From Octopus vulgaris (taxonomy: Eukaryota), in contig OX597817.1 of the NCBI GenBank assembly GCA_951406725.2, positions 40,796,001-40,860,000 on the forward strand: 64,000 nt of DNA. The letters run 5' to 3'. The notes below the pieces were generated by a model. It was not told the origin of the DNA, ran no database searches, and saw nothing but the letters and a program-made list of their open reading frames with translations. This document shows, piece after piece, positions 14,663 through 25,671 of the stretch; within the stretch, counting starts at the first letter, position 1, and each line of letters begins with the position of its first letter. The translations under genes were made by a program, and so were the position numbers.

Positions 14663-14905
14663 GTCGCCATTACGATTTACGGTTCCCAATTTTTAGACTT
14701 CCTTTCTTCTCCAACAGCGGCTTCCGGCTTTCATATTCGCAGCAAGTTGCAAAAACATTTTATCCCATTATCTTTCGTACCTCATTCGTTACTATTGTTA
14801 AACGTCTGTACTCATACAATAACTGCTTCGTTTTTCCTATCTTTTCTCTACGAAATTTAACCCTTTAATCCTTCAATCCTTAATTTCCATCTTTTCCGCC
14901 ATTCG
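1..14905. repeat. Tandem satellite array, ~275-bp monomer, ~54 copies plus a partial last copy; runs off the window start
   Basis: The unit start AATTTAACCCTTTAATCC recurs at 1, 275, 550 ... 14854. Monomers are nearly identical except for an internal (CTT)n tract and the AATCCTT subrepeats. Confidence 0.99.
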
Positions 14906-15355
14906 GCGGTGCCCCGCCCTCCCACCCCCACCACCAATACCGGTGAACACTTCTCACCATCTACACTGGATATGTCCTCCTCCCCCACGTGTGTCTCTCC
15001 CTCCTACCCCTCCTTCACATATGCTTTCACTGTGTACTACCCCTTCCCCCACCAAGTCAAGCTGCTAGTACCGCAGCTCATTAACTGCCCCACTGATCTT
15101 ATGTTCCCTCCTGTTTAGAATCTTAACTGCCTCAATCCGACCATCCTTCATCCCTTCCAGTCCCCCTCCCTGTCTCGTGATATCCTACGTTTTTATTTCT
15201 TCTGCACCAACCCTTTCCTTGTCATCGTTCCTCCTTACCCAACCTTCCCCACTGGTGCTTCCCTTTATTACCTGCACCCCCCACTATCTCTCCCTCTCTT
15301 TCCACTGGTGGAACCTTTCTCAGCTAGACCCCCCCAACTCAACTCTAGAAAAAGC
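14906..15355. other. C/T-rich low-complexity block abutting the satellite
   Basis: Many C3-C5 runs, strong pyrimidine skew, no credible ORF. Confidence 0.55.
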
Positions 15356-15359
15356 TCGA

Positions 15360-15567
15360 ACCGATCGTGACCGATGCCGGACCCCCCGGCCCCTGTGCAG
15401 GTGGCACGTAAAAAGCACCCAATCCACTCGCGGAGTGGTTGGCGTTAGGAAGGGCATCCAGCCGTAGAAACTCTGCCAGATCAGACTGGAGCCTGGAGAG
15501 GCCTCTGGCTTCCTAGACCCCGGTCAAACCGTCCAACCCGTGCTAGCGCGGAAAACGGACGTTAAAC

Positions 15568-15598
<31 letters not shown>
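15360..15598 (+). mobile_element. RTE-type 3' tail fragment ending in (GAT)n
   Basis: GGTGGCACGTAAAAAGCACC...GGCGTTAGGAAGGGCATCCAGC...GGACGTTAAACGATGATGAT, the same as the 3' UTR that follows the RTE ORF at 48104-48718. Confidence 0.9.
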
Positions 15599-15837
15599 CT
15601 CTTTCTATCACTCACCCTTGCTTTTCAAGTAACAGATTTCTTATTTCACATGTCTTTGAATGCACAAAACCAGATGGTGATTTGTTGACAGAGGAAACAA
15701 TAACCAAGTCAACTCTTATGGGTGAGTGATTTTTGGTGGATTGCTAATACAGAAGCACATATATGCATGCACACACACATGCATGCATGAACACACGCCC
15801 ACACATGTTCATATACATGTACAAACACGCTCATATA

Positions 15838-16069
15838 CTCTTTTACTCTTTTACTTGTTTCAGTCATTTGACTGTGGCCATGCTGGAGCACTGCCTTTAG
15901 TCGTGCAAATCAACCCCAGGACTTATTCTCTGTAAGCCTAGTACTTATTCTATCGGTCTTTTTTGCCGAACTACTAAGTTACGGGGACGTAAACACACCA
16001 GCATCGGTTGTCAAGCAATGTTGGGGGGACAAACACAGACACACAAACATACACACACACACACCCACA

Positions 16070-16160
<91 letters not shown>
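15838..16160 (-). mobile_element. SINE family A (octopus OK-like), 3' half plus internal (CA)n(TA)n
   Basis: Reverse complement matches the 3' half of the full copy at 43985-44453. Confidence 0.85.
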
Positions 16161-16162
<2 letters not shown>

Positions 16163-16165
<3 letters not shown>

Positions 16166-16757
16166 GGGTGTAACCAGCTGACTTATGTGTACCTTTTCCT
16201 TCTTTGGACACTAAACTCTGCTTGCGAAGACCTGTTGAGGCAAGTGAAATCAAACTCAAATCTGATGACTAGCATCCATGCTAGTGGGGTACAAAGAGCA
16301 CCATTCGAGTGTGATCGTTGACCGAACGGCTAACCAGCTTCTGTGCCAGTGGCACATAAAAGGCACCATTCGTGTGTGATTGTCAACAGCGTCACCTTAC
16401 TGGCACTTGTGCCTGTGCTAGTAGGGTGCTAAGAGCACCATCTGAGCGTGATCGTTGGCAGAGTGGCTAACTGGCTTCCGTGCTAGTGGCACGTAAAAGG
16501 CACCATTCGAGCGTGATCGTTACCAGCATTGCCTTACTGGCACCTGTGCCGAATGCATGTGTAAAAAGATTTGAGTGAGGTCATTGCCAGTATCGCCTGA
16601 CTGACCCCCATGGTTGGCGTTAGGAAGGGCACCCAGCTGTAGAAACTCTACCAGATCAAGATTAGATTCTGGTGCAGCCATCTAGTTTGCCAGCCCTCAG
16701 TCAAATCGTCCAACCAATGCTAGCATGGAAAGCGGACATTAAACGATGATGATGATG
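16163..16757 (+). mobile_element. RTE 3' UTR/tail copy (variant subfamily) in (TA)n
   Basis: CTTGCGAAGACCTGTTGAGGCAAGTGAAATC, repeated GGCACGTAAAAGGCACC modules, (GAT)n end, (TA)n on both sides. Confidence 0.85.
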
Positions 16758-17170
16758 GTATATATATATATATCAAACTAAAGTTATTGAACAAACAAAT
16801 GCAAGGTCATCCGCATATCATTTCATAATTCGAACATTTAATCATAGAATATACATATAAACATCCCGCAAGATGGAACATTATTCATCTGACAATCAAA
16901 CAAGCATATAATAATAAGGTGCGAGAAAAGATTTTTTTTCCTCACAGTTTAGAGTTAATACTTTAGTGATTCAGAGAAATACATTTTTTTAGAAAAACCT
17001 AGAAAGTAAAAATATAATATAAAGTAATATATAAAAATATATAGGTATATAAAAATATATAAAATATATATATATACATATAGGAGCATATAAAAAATAT
17101 ATAATATATATCATGCAAATAAAATAAAAGTTCATCGTTTAGAAATCCTTATGTATATATATATTTTTCT

Positions 17171-17247
17171 TCCCCTGACGAAGGAGGTATTATCTGGATG
17201 CACCCTAGTGCTTTAAACATAATACACCCCTAAAATGGCCATAGGGA
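17171..17247 (+). ncRNA. Degenerate type I hammerhead ribozyme (Penelope/retrozyme-like)
   Basis: TCCC-CTGACGA-AGG..GTATTAT/ATAATAC..CCT-AAAA(GAAA mutated)-TGGCCA-TA-GGGA. Stems I and II pair and stem III is palindromic. Confidence 0.5.
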
Positions 17248-17360
17248 TAAGTAAATATGTTCCCTTTTTAACTATAAGGCTTCTTTTACTTGAATAGTTA
17301 TTTAATAAGATTTCTAAACAATGAACTTTTATTTTATTCGCATGATATATATTATATTTC

Positions 17361-17550
17361 CCAGACCCCAGCTGAACCGTCCAACCCATGCTAGCATGGA
17401 AAGCGGACGTTAAACGATGCTGCTGCTGCTGATGATGATGAAAGGATGAAGGGCAAAGTCGACCTCAGCGGAATTTGAAGTCAGAACGTAGTGGCAGATG
17501 AAATACCGCTAAGCATTTCACCCGGTGTGCTAACGATTCTGCCAGCTTGC
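17361..17550. mobile_element. Short RTE tail (+) abutting a SINE family B fragment (-)
   Basis: Tail ...GGACGTTAAACGATG, then GAAAGGATGAAGGGCAAAGTCGACCTCAGCGGAATTTGAAGTCAGAAC, shared with 26862-27100. Confidence 0.75.
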
Positions 17551-17659
17551 CACATTACAACATACTGTGCCATTGTCTGCATTGCAACCCTCATGAATTG
17601 TTGAAGTGCCACGGACGTAAGGTACTTTCAGTGTTGTAACCAGTTCAACCAGTTGACTA

Positions 17660-18905
17660 TAGGGTAAATCATGCTTTTCAAAATTCAATTCCCTCCTTGA
17701 CCAGATCTTGCTGGAATTCTTTTCCGCTTCTGCCATTGCCTTAAGTGCTGTAGTTCTCTTTCATCCAGAAATTGAGTTACTTCATCACTGCTGCTGATGT
17801 CATGTAAAAAGCATTGGTGTTGATGCCACATAAAAAGCATCCAGTACACTCTGTTAAGTGGCTGGCATTAGGAAGTGCATCCAAGCATAGAAAACATGCC
17901 AAAACAGACAATGGAGCCTGGTGTGGTTCCCACCCAGCCTTACCACCTCCTGTCAAACCATCCAGTATGGAATGTGGACTTTAAATGATGATGATGATGC
18001 TGATGATTTTCCCAGGAACATTCTGACACCCACTTCTATCATGGGGACTTTAGTTTGAAAGCAAATTTCTCTCAGTCTAAAAACTAAGCTAACTTTCATA
18101 TTTTTGGTCTTGCAGGTGTGGAATTCCTCTATTCAGCCTTCATCTGGCACAGTGAGTTCAACCAAAATAACTTGTTTTGATGAAAATATGATGAGTATAG
18201 TGTCCGGTCTCATATCATTGTTGTTGATAATGTCTAAATAATTCTCCCACTCTGGAAGATGTTTTGTGCACTCCCAGTCATCCACTCCATCTAGTAGACT
18301 CAGCACTGGATTAATCCATTAAATAAAATAAGCGTGTGCTTAGGGCATCAAAGGACAGGAGCAGCACAGAAATGGTAAATGGTTTACTACACAAAAGAAA
18401 TCGCTTTAAACTCGCTAAAATAATATTCGTAATGCCTTATCTCTACTAAGCATAGAAGCAGAAGTTTTACATAAAATTAATTTTCATATCATCAAACGCT
18501 TTGCAATAAAAAAAAAACGAAGGAGAAAACTTTTCAAATATAAATCGTGGAAGCATACAAAAATAAACATTATTTTCCATCTTACTGTTAGCTTTGTTTC
18601 ATTTTGAAGAATAAAAATTTATTTTACGGTTAATTATCGTTTACATTTTGAACCATTTACATATACTTCAGGGCACCAAAACCTTTTAAGAGCTTAGGGT
18701 CTCTATGGGTCTTAATCCAGCCTTAAGTACACTCCACTTCTATGATTCAGTCAGTACAGTTGTTCCAGGCCACAATTTTTACCTCCCTGCTGTGTAGAAA
18801 AATGTTGGCATCTCTGGTGTTGCAGTCTTCTCTCTCAGAGCAAATATCACATGCAAGAACTCTTTAAGCACTTGATTCTGTCACCATATGCACCTTCCCT
18901 TCATG
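17660..18905 (-). pseudogene. Decayed RLE-type LINE 3' region (HERO-like), interrupted by an RTE tail (~17785-18006) and a hAT MITE
   Basis: Manual minus-strand translation gives GRCIW*QNQVLK...DDWECTKHLPEW...MRPDTILIIFSSKQVILVELTVPDEG*IEEFH...IEVGVRMF...ALKAMAEAEKNSSKIWSRR. This matches the HERO pattern RYTWRHNQVL / RPD..ELTVPWE / EVGCRGF / AE..S.WIW. Confidence 0.75.
18301..18725. mobile_element. hAT-type MITE
   Basis: Imperfect TIRs CAGCACTGGATTAA / TTAATCCAGCCTTA; 8-bp TSD AGTAGACT (18293-18300) / AGTACACT (18726-18733). Confidence 0.75.
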
Positions 18906-18989
18906 AAGTTATGTGTTCAATTCCTGAACTGGGCAGCATGTTGTGTCCTTGAACAAAACATTTCATTTTACCTTAATCCTGACTATTCA

Positions 18990-19281
18990 ACCACATTTAT
19001 TCACGCTAAGAGTTGCTGAAGCATGGAACAAATTGCCAGCATCAGTTGTTAGTTATCAGAGCACTGCATCCTTCAAAACTTCCATGCTTCCTGAGATTTG
19101 CCAACACTACACCTGATTTTCTCCCTTCCATACACATGCAAGCATGTATCTGACTCATACGCTGTTCACTTCCCAGGCATCTGTACATCACTGCATATGC
19201 TTTATACGCACTTTTGACAAGTTGTGGTGCACCTGAGCACTGTATACAATAATTTCATTATTATTATTATTATTATTATTA
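18990..19281 (+). mobile_element. CR1-type LINE 3' fragment with (ATT)n tail
   Basis: Encodes FTLRVAEAWNKLPASVV and ends GTGCACCTGAGCACTGTATACAAT..(ATT)n, as do the copies at 38526 and 57477. Confidence 0.85.
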
Positions 19282-19524
19282 TATTAAGCACCAGTCAGAT
19301 ACTGGTGCAGCCTTCTCTTCTTTCAGATATTACATGCCTGCAGATCCACTTGGTCAAGAACAAAATGGGAACAAAAGGGATGTCTGTGTCTGTCTATGAC
19401 TACATTGTCACCTAAAACATTTAACAAAAGCATAGTACGTGTTATCAGGCCATAACTCCTCCTTGTTGACCACTGGTGTTATCGTATTTTATTGTCCAAA
19501 GTGGCTTCTTTTCTCAAAAGTGCG

Positions 19525-20075
19525 GATGGGCTATGTGGTTAAGAGGCTTGCTTCGCAGCCATGAATTCAGTCCCCCTGCCTCGCATCAAGTGTCATCTAC
19601 TACAACCCTGGGCAGACCAAAGGTTTGCGAGTGGATTTAGTAGACAGAACCTGAAAGATGCCCATTGTGTGTGTGTGTGTGTGTGTTTGTATCTTTTATA
19701 TTTTATCTTTTACTTGTTTCAGTCAGTAGAGAGTGGTCATGCTGGGGCACCAACTTGATGGATTTTAGTCGAATGAATTGACCCCTGCAGCTTTTTTTTT
19801 TAAAGCCTGGTACTTATTTCTATTGGTCACTTTTGTTAAACTGCTAAGTTACAGGGAAGTAAGTACACCAACACTGGTTTTCAAGAGGTGATGGGGGACA
19901 AACATGGACACAAAGATACACATACATACATGCACACATATATATATGATAGGCTTCTTTCAGTTTCCATCTACAAAATCTTCTCACAGCTCTGGATGTC
20001 CTGAGGCTAAAGTAGAAGGTGCCATGCAGTAGAACTGAACTTGGCACCATGTGGTTGGGAAGCAAACTTCTTAGA
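19525..20075. mobile_element. Two SINE family A copies (head on +, near full copy on -)
   Basis: tRNA-like head and GAGTGGATTT(A/G)GTAGACAGAA core on +; reverse-complement copy at ~19695-20075. Confidence 0.75.
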
Positions 20076-20331
20076 TAGATAGATGGATGGATGGATAGGT
20101 AGGCAGGCAGGTAGGTAGGTAGGTAGGTAGGTATGTAGGCAGGTAGGAAGGCAGGCATGCAGGTAGGTAGGTAGGTAGGTTGATAGGTGGGTAGGTAGGT
20201 AGATAGACAGATAGATAGACAGACAGACAGACAGGTAGATAGATAGATAGATACATTGATAAATAGATAGATAAATAAATTGATAGATAGATTGATTGAT
20301 AAATAGATGGATAGATAGATTGATAGAAAGG

Positions 20332-20362
<31 letters not shown>
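20076..20362. repeat. Compound (GATA)/(GGTA)/(GACA)/(TA) microsatellite
   Basis: Seen directly. Confidence 0.95.
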
Positions 20363-21680
20363 CACCTCGTCCCAGGTTTTCCTGGGTCTACCTCTTCCAC
20401 GGGTTCCCTCAACTGCTAAGGATTGGCACTTTCTCACACACCTAAATGGATGAAGATAGGTGTGTGAGAAAGTGCCAATCCTTAGCAGTTGAGTGAACCC
20501 GTGGAAGAGGTAGACCCAGGAAAACCTGGGACGAGGTGGTGAAGCACGACCTTCGAACTTTAGGCCTCACTGAGGAAATGACCAGCGACCGAGACCTTTG
20601 GAAATATTCTGTATGTGAGAAGACCAGGCAGGACAAGTGAGCCCAGCCCACTTATGAATGCCTTTCCTCCCTTGGACACAAAGACCTGTTGAGGCAAGCG
20701 AAGTCGATATAGAACCTCATCCGACGACAGGCACCCATGCTTGCGAAGACATGTTGGGGCAAGCGAAATCGAAATCGAAGTCAAAATCGAATTGAACCAG
20801 CCAGGATCCCTGGTCTGGTGGTACGTAAAAAGCACTATCCGACTTGTGGCCGGTGCCAGCGCCGCCTCCACTGGCTTCTGTGCCGGTGGCACGTAAAATA
20901 CACCAATCTGACCGTACGACAGGCACCCATGCCAACCCCCTTGCTTGCGAAGACATGTTGGGGCAAGCGAAATCGAATCGAACCAAAATGCACTATCCGA
21001 CTCGTGGCCGATGCCAGCGCCGCCTACACTGGCTTCTGTGCCGGTGGCACGTAAAATACACCAATCTGACCGTACGACAGGCACCCATGCCAACCCCCTT
21101 GCTTGCGAAGACCTGTTTGGGCAAGCGAAATCGAATCGAACCAGCCAGGTTCCCTGGTCTGGTGGTACGTAAAAAGCACTATCCGACTCGTGGCCGATGC
21201 CAGTGCCGCCTCCACTGGCTTCCGCGCCGGTGGTACGTAAAATACACCAATCTGACCGTACAACAGGCACCCATGCCAACCCCCTTGCTTGCGAAGACAT
21301 GTTGGGGCAAGCGAAATCGAAATCGAAATCGAATTGAACCAGCCAGGATCCCTGGTCTGGTGGTACGTAAAAAGCACCATCCGACTCGTGGCCGATGCCA
21401 GCACCGCCTCGTCTGGCTTCCGTGCCGGTGGCACATAAAATACACCAATCCGACCGTGGCCGTTGCCAGCCTCGCCTGGCACCTGTGCAGGTGGCACGTA
21501 AAAAGCACCCACTACACTCACGGAGTGGTTGGCGTTAGGAAGGGCATCCAGCTGTAGAAACACTGCCAGATAAGACTGGAGCCTGGTGCAGCCTTCTGGC
21601 TTCCCAGATCCCCGGTCGAACCGTCCAACCCATGCTAGCATGGAGAACGGACGTTAAACGACGATGATGATGATGATGAT
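20363..21680 (+). mobile_element. 5'-truncated RTE copy with 5' fold-back duplication and expanded 3' UTR
   Basis: ORF end (GRGRPRKTWDEVVKHDLR...RQDK*), modular 3' UTR, (GAT)n tail, (TA)n flanks. Confidence 0.92.
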
Positions 21681-22059
21681 ATATATAGATAGATAGATAG
21701 ATAGATAGATACATGTCTATATGTGCACACACACATCTATACCAATACATGTACACAAATATTTACATGCAAGTGTAAAACGCTTTTGATTATAGATCTG
21801 TTAAATCAAGTGTGACCTAAGGCTAAATAAACGTTATTCTTGGTTATACTCAAGAACAGCGTTGAAGTCAGAACAGCAAACCAACCTAATTCTCATTAAT
21901 TTTACAGTACAAGTTACTACTGTACAGAATTGTGAGCTCTACTGTCTAGTTGTAGTAGCTGCTAATAGCTATATGGAATTTATTATTGAGAATTAAGATG
22001 TTGTACAGGGTCGGAAATTAAGCTTTTCACTATTTCATGTGTAACCTGTAAGCAAGCTC

Positions 22060-22900
22060 TACTCAGTTGGCTAGAAATAGCAACTAAATAATCCTCAAAT
22101 ATCAGTGTGAAGTCTTATAAAAGAGGAGATACATGAGTTGACAATGTAGTCCCAAATATGCAGACAGATGGAATAATCATGGTTGGAGTTCTCTATGAGG
22201 CTGATCGACCTACTGGAAAGAACAGCGAATTTTCCCTCGCAAATGGATGGATATATTGGATAATGTTTTTCTAAATATGCAAACAAATTTGATGGTCATA
22301 GTTGCTTGACCTGCTGTAAATAGCATCCAATTAATCCTCAAATAACACCCTGCAGTTATATAACAGAAGGACATTCTAGACAACATAGTCTTACATGGTT
22401 AGATTGATGAAACAGTGATGGCTGCTTTAAATGGTTGGTTGAATTGCTAGAAATAGCAACTAATTCTCTCTCAAATTACACCCTACAAAAGGAGGAACAT
22501 ATTGGAGAATGGTGTCTTAAATATAAAATCTTAAAAAACAACAAATCTTAAAAGAAATTTGGTGATCATGGTTACTCAATTTGTTAGAATTAGCAGCCAA
22601 TTCTCTCTCAAATTACATCCTATAAATGGAGGGATATATTGGAGAATGGTATCTTAAATATAAAATCTTAAAAAACAGCAAATTTTAAAAGAAATTTGGT
22701 GATCATGGTTACTAAATTTGCTAGAATTAGCAGCCAGTTCTCCCTCAAAAAACACCCTGATGTCTTACAAAAGAAGGACATATTGGACAATGATGTCTGA
22801 GATATAAAATCTTTAAAAAATAATGCTTTCTTAAACATACAAAAAATAAATAGAATGGTCATAGCTGGTTTCTTTTTAGGCTTCTTTAATCAGACAACAC
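22060..22900 (+). repeat. Degenerate tandem of ~100-145-bp units (GCTAGAAATAGCAGCCAA..CTCAAATTACACCC)
   Basis: Motif recurs near 22068, 22208, 22310, 22443, 22580 and 22718. Dispersed relatives lie near 25350, 29105, 30138 and 32125. Confidence 0.75.
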
Positions 22901-23198
22901 TACAAGACTAACAATTCAAACAGCTACAAAATGTACTCTTTTACTTGTTTCAGTCATGTGACTGTGTCCATGCTGGAGCACCACCTTTAGTTGAGCAAAT
23001 CCACCTTTAGTTGAGGAAACGTCTCTAAAATCTCTCTCACTTATATTTTCAAATAACCATTATAGCCTTTAGTTTTAGTTAATACCTAACTGGACTCACA
23101 TGTATCTTTCTTTCTCATAAAGATAAAAATAAATCTCCTAGATCCTTTTCTGATTTTTCCTTTCTCAGGTCCTATGTGATAATTTTGTTTGTACTTCC

Positions 23199-23321
23199 TG
23201 CACTGAAGAGTACACTGATATATAATTTTTTAAATTTAATTTGATCTAATTAATTTTATTAATTCTATTCAAACATGAATTTGCATGATTTTTATATTGC
23301 TGTATGAAACGATCATCTGCA
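23199..23321 (+). ncRNA. Type I hammerhead ribozyme with long stem II insert, core intact
   Basis: TGCA-CTGAAGA-GTACA...(~85 nt)...TGTAT-GAAA-CGATCA-TC-TGCA. Stem I is TGCA/TGCA; stem III is one change away from the palindrome ACGATCGT. Confidence 0.65.
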
Positions 23322-23420
23322 TAAATTAACATTCTCTTTTACATTTTAACATCTCTTCTCCATTTTTATCAAGTTTGTTGAGTTTTATGGGATATCTTTC
23401 CATAAATTCACAACACACCA

Positions 23421-23479
<59 letters not shown>

Positions 23480-23494
23480 GCACATAAATATCTA

Positions 23495-23893
23495 ATACGT
23501 GCTAGTGGAGTGCTAAGAGTACCATACGAGCGTGATTGTTGCCAGAGCAACAACCTGACCTCCATGCTGATGGCACGTTAAAAACACCATTTGAGTGTGA
23601 TCATTACCTGTGTCGCCTTACTGACACTTGTGCTGGTGGCACGTAAAAAAACATTCAAGCGAGGTTGTTGCCAGTGTTGCTGGACTGGCTCCTGTACAGG
23701 TGGCACATAAAAAGCACTATTTGTGTGTGGCCATTGCCAGGACCGCCTGACTTCGAGTGGTTGGCATTGGGAAGGGCATCCAGCTCTAGAAACTCAGCCA
23801 GACCAGATTAGAGCCTGGTGTAGCCATCTGGTTCACCAGACCTCAGTCAAATCGTCCAACCAGACGTCAAACGATGATGATGATGATGCTGAT
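23495..23893 (+). mobile_element. RTE 3' UTR/tail copy
   Basis: GGCACGTAAAA modules, GGAAGGGCATCCAGC, (GAT)n end. Confidence 0.8.
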
Positions 23894-24309
23894 GAGAATT
23901 GCAGGAAATCAATCTTTTCAATTTTAAACTGCTTATGCTAAGTGCTCCACATTTCACTTGTTATGCTTGGCAATTGCATATGTCCCCATAACTGAATAAA
24001 TACATGATACAGTTAAGAGAGATGAAGTGGTTGCATGAATAAAGCATTTGGTTACAAACTCATAGTATGTGGTTTCCAGTTGATTACAAAACTTTCTTTG
24101 TACTTCAAGTGTGGCACTATACTGAACATTTGAAAGTTCAGGGGACATTTGAATTTGTTTTCACATGTTGTAATTGTCATTAAACTAATAAATGATGTTA
24201 CACTTATTGTATTTGTTTTGTAAGATTCCTGATGTGAAATCATGTGTACCTATCAATAAAGACACTCCTTATGTGACTATCATGTTTTGGGATGTGAGAC
24301 AGGAAGAAA

Positions 24310-25075
24310 TTTGAATCACATGGTTTTGGGTTCAGTCCCTATTGTATGGCATCTTAGTTGAGTGTCAACTTTTATGGTCCTGCGACTGACCAAAGCCCTG
24401 TGAATGGATTTTGTAGAAAGAAACTGAAAGAAGCATGCCATATATGTATGTGTGTGAGTGTCATCATCATTATCATCTCATCATCATCATCGTTTACGTC
24501 TGTTTTCCATGCTGGTATTGGTTGGATGGTTTGACATGAGCTTGCAAGCCAGAAGAGTGTGCCAAAAAATTTTTGCCTGATTGATGAATGGATGGATGGA
24601 TGGATGGATAGATGACGGACGGATGGACAATGAACAGATGGATGACGGACGGATGGATGGATGGATGGATGGACAGATAGATGGACAGACGGACGGATAG
24701 ATGGACAGATGGATGATGGATGGATGGACGGATGGATGGATGGACGGACGGATGGATGGATAGATGGATAGATGGATGGACAGACGGATGGATGGATGAA
24801 TAGATGGATCGACAGACGGATGGATGCATGCATGCACATGCATCTATGTGTGTGTCTGTGTTTGTGTCTGTCCTCTCACTGTTTGACAAACAGTGTTGGT
24901 TTATTTATATCCTTATAACTTAGCAGTTCGGCAAAAGATCCAATAGAATAAATACCAGATATGAAAAAAAAATAAGTACAGAAATTGATTTGTTTGCCTA
25001 AAACCTTTCAAGGGGATGCCCCAGCATGGCCACAGTCCAATGGCTGAAATAAGTAAAAGTTAAAAGAAAAAAAGT
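24310..25075 (+). mobile_element. SINE family A with an antisense RTE tail and (GGAT/GGAC)n tract nested in its internal microsatellite
   Basis: Head 24310-24450, (CAT)n-tailed fragment 24461-24560, tetranucleotide tract 24580-24830, SINE 3' half 24850-25075. Confidence 0.8.
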
Positions 25076-25119
25076 GAAATTCAGACAACACTATTCAAAT
25101 TCTATTTGCTAAAGTTAGT

Positions 25120-25332
25120 TCTTTCTAATTTTGGCACAAGGCTTGCAACTTTGAGGGGAGGGGGTCAAGTCACTTACATCACCCTTCATACTTGTACCAG
25201 TCAAGTACTCTGAAGGGATGAAAGGCAAAATAGAACTTGGTAGAATTTGAACTGAGAACATGAGGAGCAGGAAGAACTGTCGCTTAGCGTTTTGACTAAC
25301 AGTCTAACAATTGTGCCAGCACACCACCTTCT
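25120..25332 (-). mobile_element. SINE family B copy
   Basis: GGATGAAAGGCAAAATAGAACTTGGTAGAATTTGAACTGAGAAC core; CCTTGTGCCAAAATTAGAAA-type tail. Confidence 0.7.
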
Positions 25333-25671
25333 ATTTCCTAAGATAACTGAGTGTGATTTGAGAGCAATTTGATTGCTGCTTCTAGCAGATCAAGCAATCA
25401 CATACAGGTTCCTTAACCCTTATTCTGCTAAATGTAATGCTTATTTATTCACATTGTTTCGAATTGACCATGCAGTATCTTGTAGCTTCGAGATTTTGGT
25501 GATGTAATTATTTATTTTCAGAATGATATGATAGGTTCAAACAGACTTACAATTAAAGACATTCTAGTCATGACCATCCTGTATTATTAGAAGTTCTTTT
25601 GACTACATTATCCAATATGCCCTTGCTCATTTTAAAAGATAAGTGTGATTTCAATAGAAGTTTTGCAATTA

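Noticed and set aside
1-14905. CRISPR array or CENP-B box
   Set aside because: No unique spacers or cas genes; TTCG motifs lack the downstream A..CGGG.
16220-16252. CTGTTGAGGCAAGTGAAA as a hammerhead
   Set aside because: A6 is T and other copies read TGTTGGGG; better explained as a GCTTGC/GCAAG hairpin.
20700-21560. CRISPR-like repeat-spacer pattern and the 200+ aa ORFs here
   Set aside because: Spacers are themselves repeated and belong to an RTE 3' UTR; the ORFs are by-products of GC-rich repeats.
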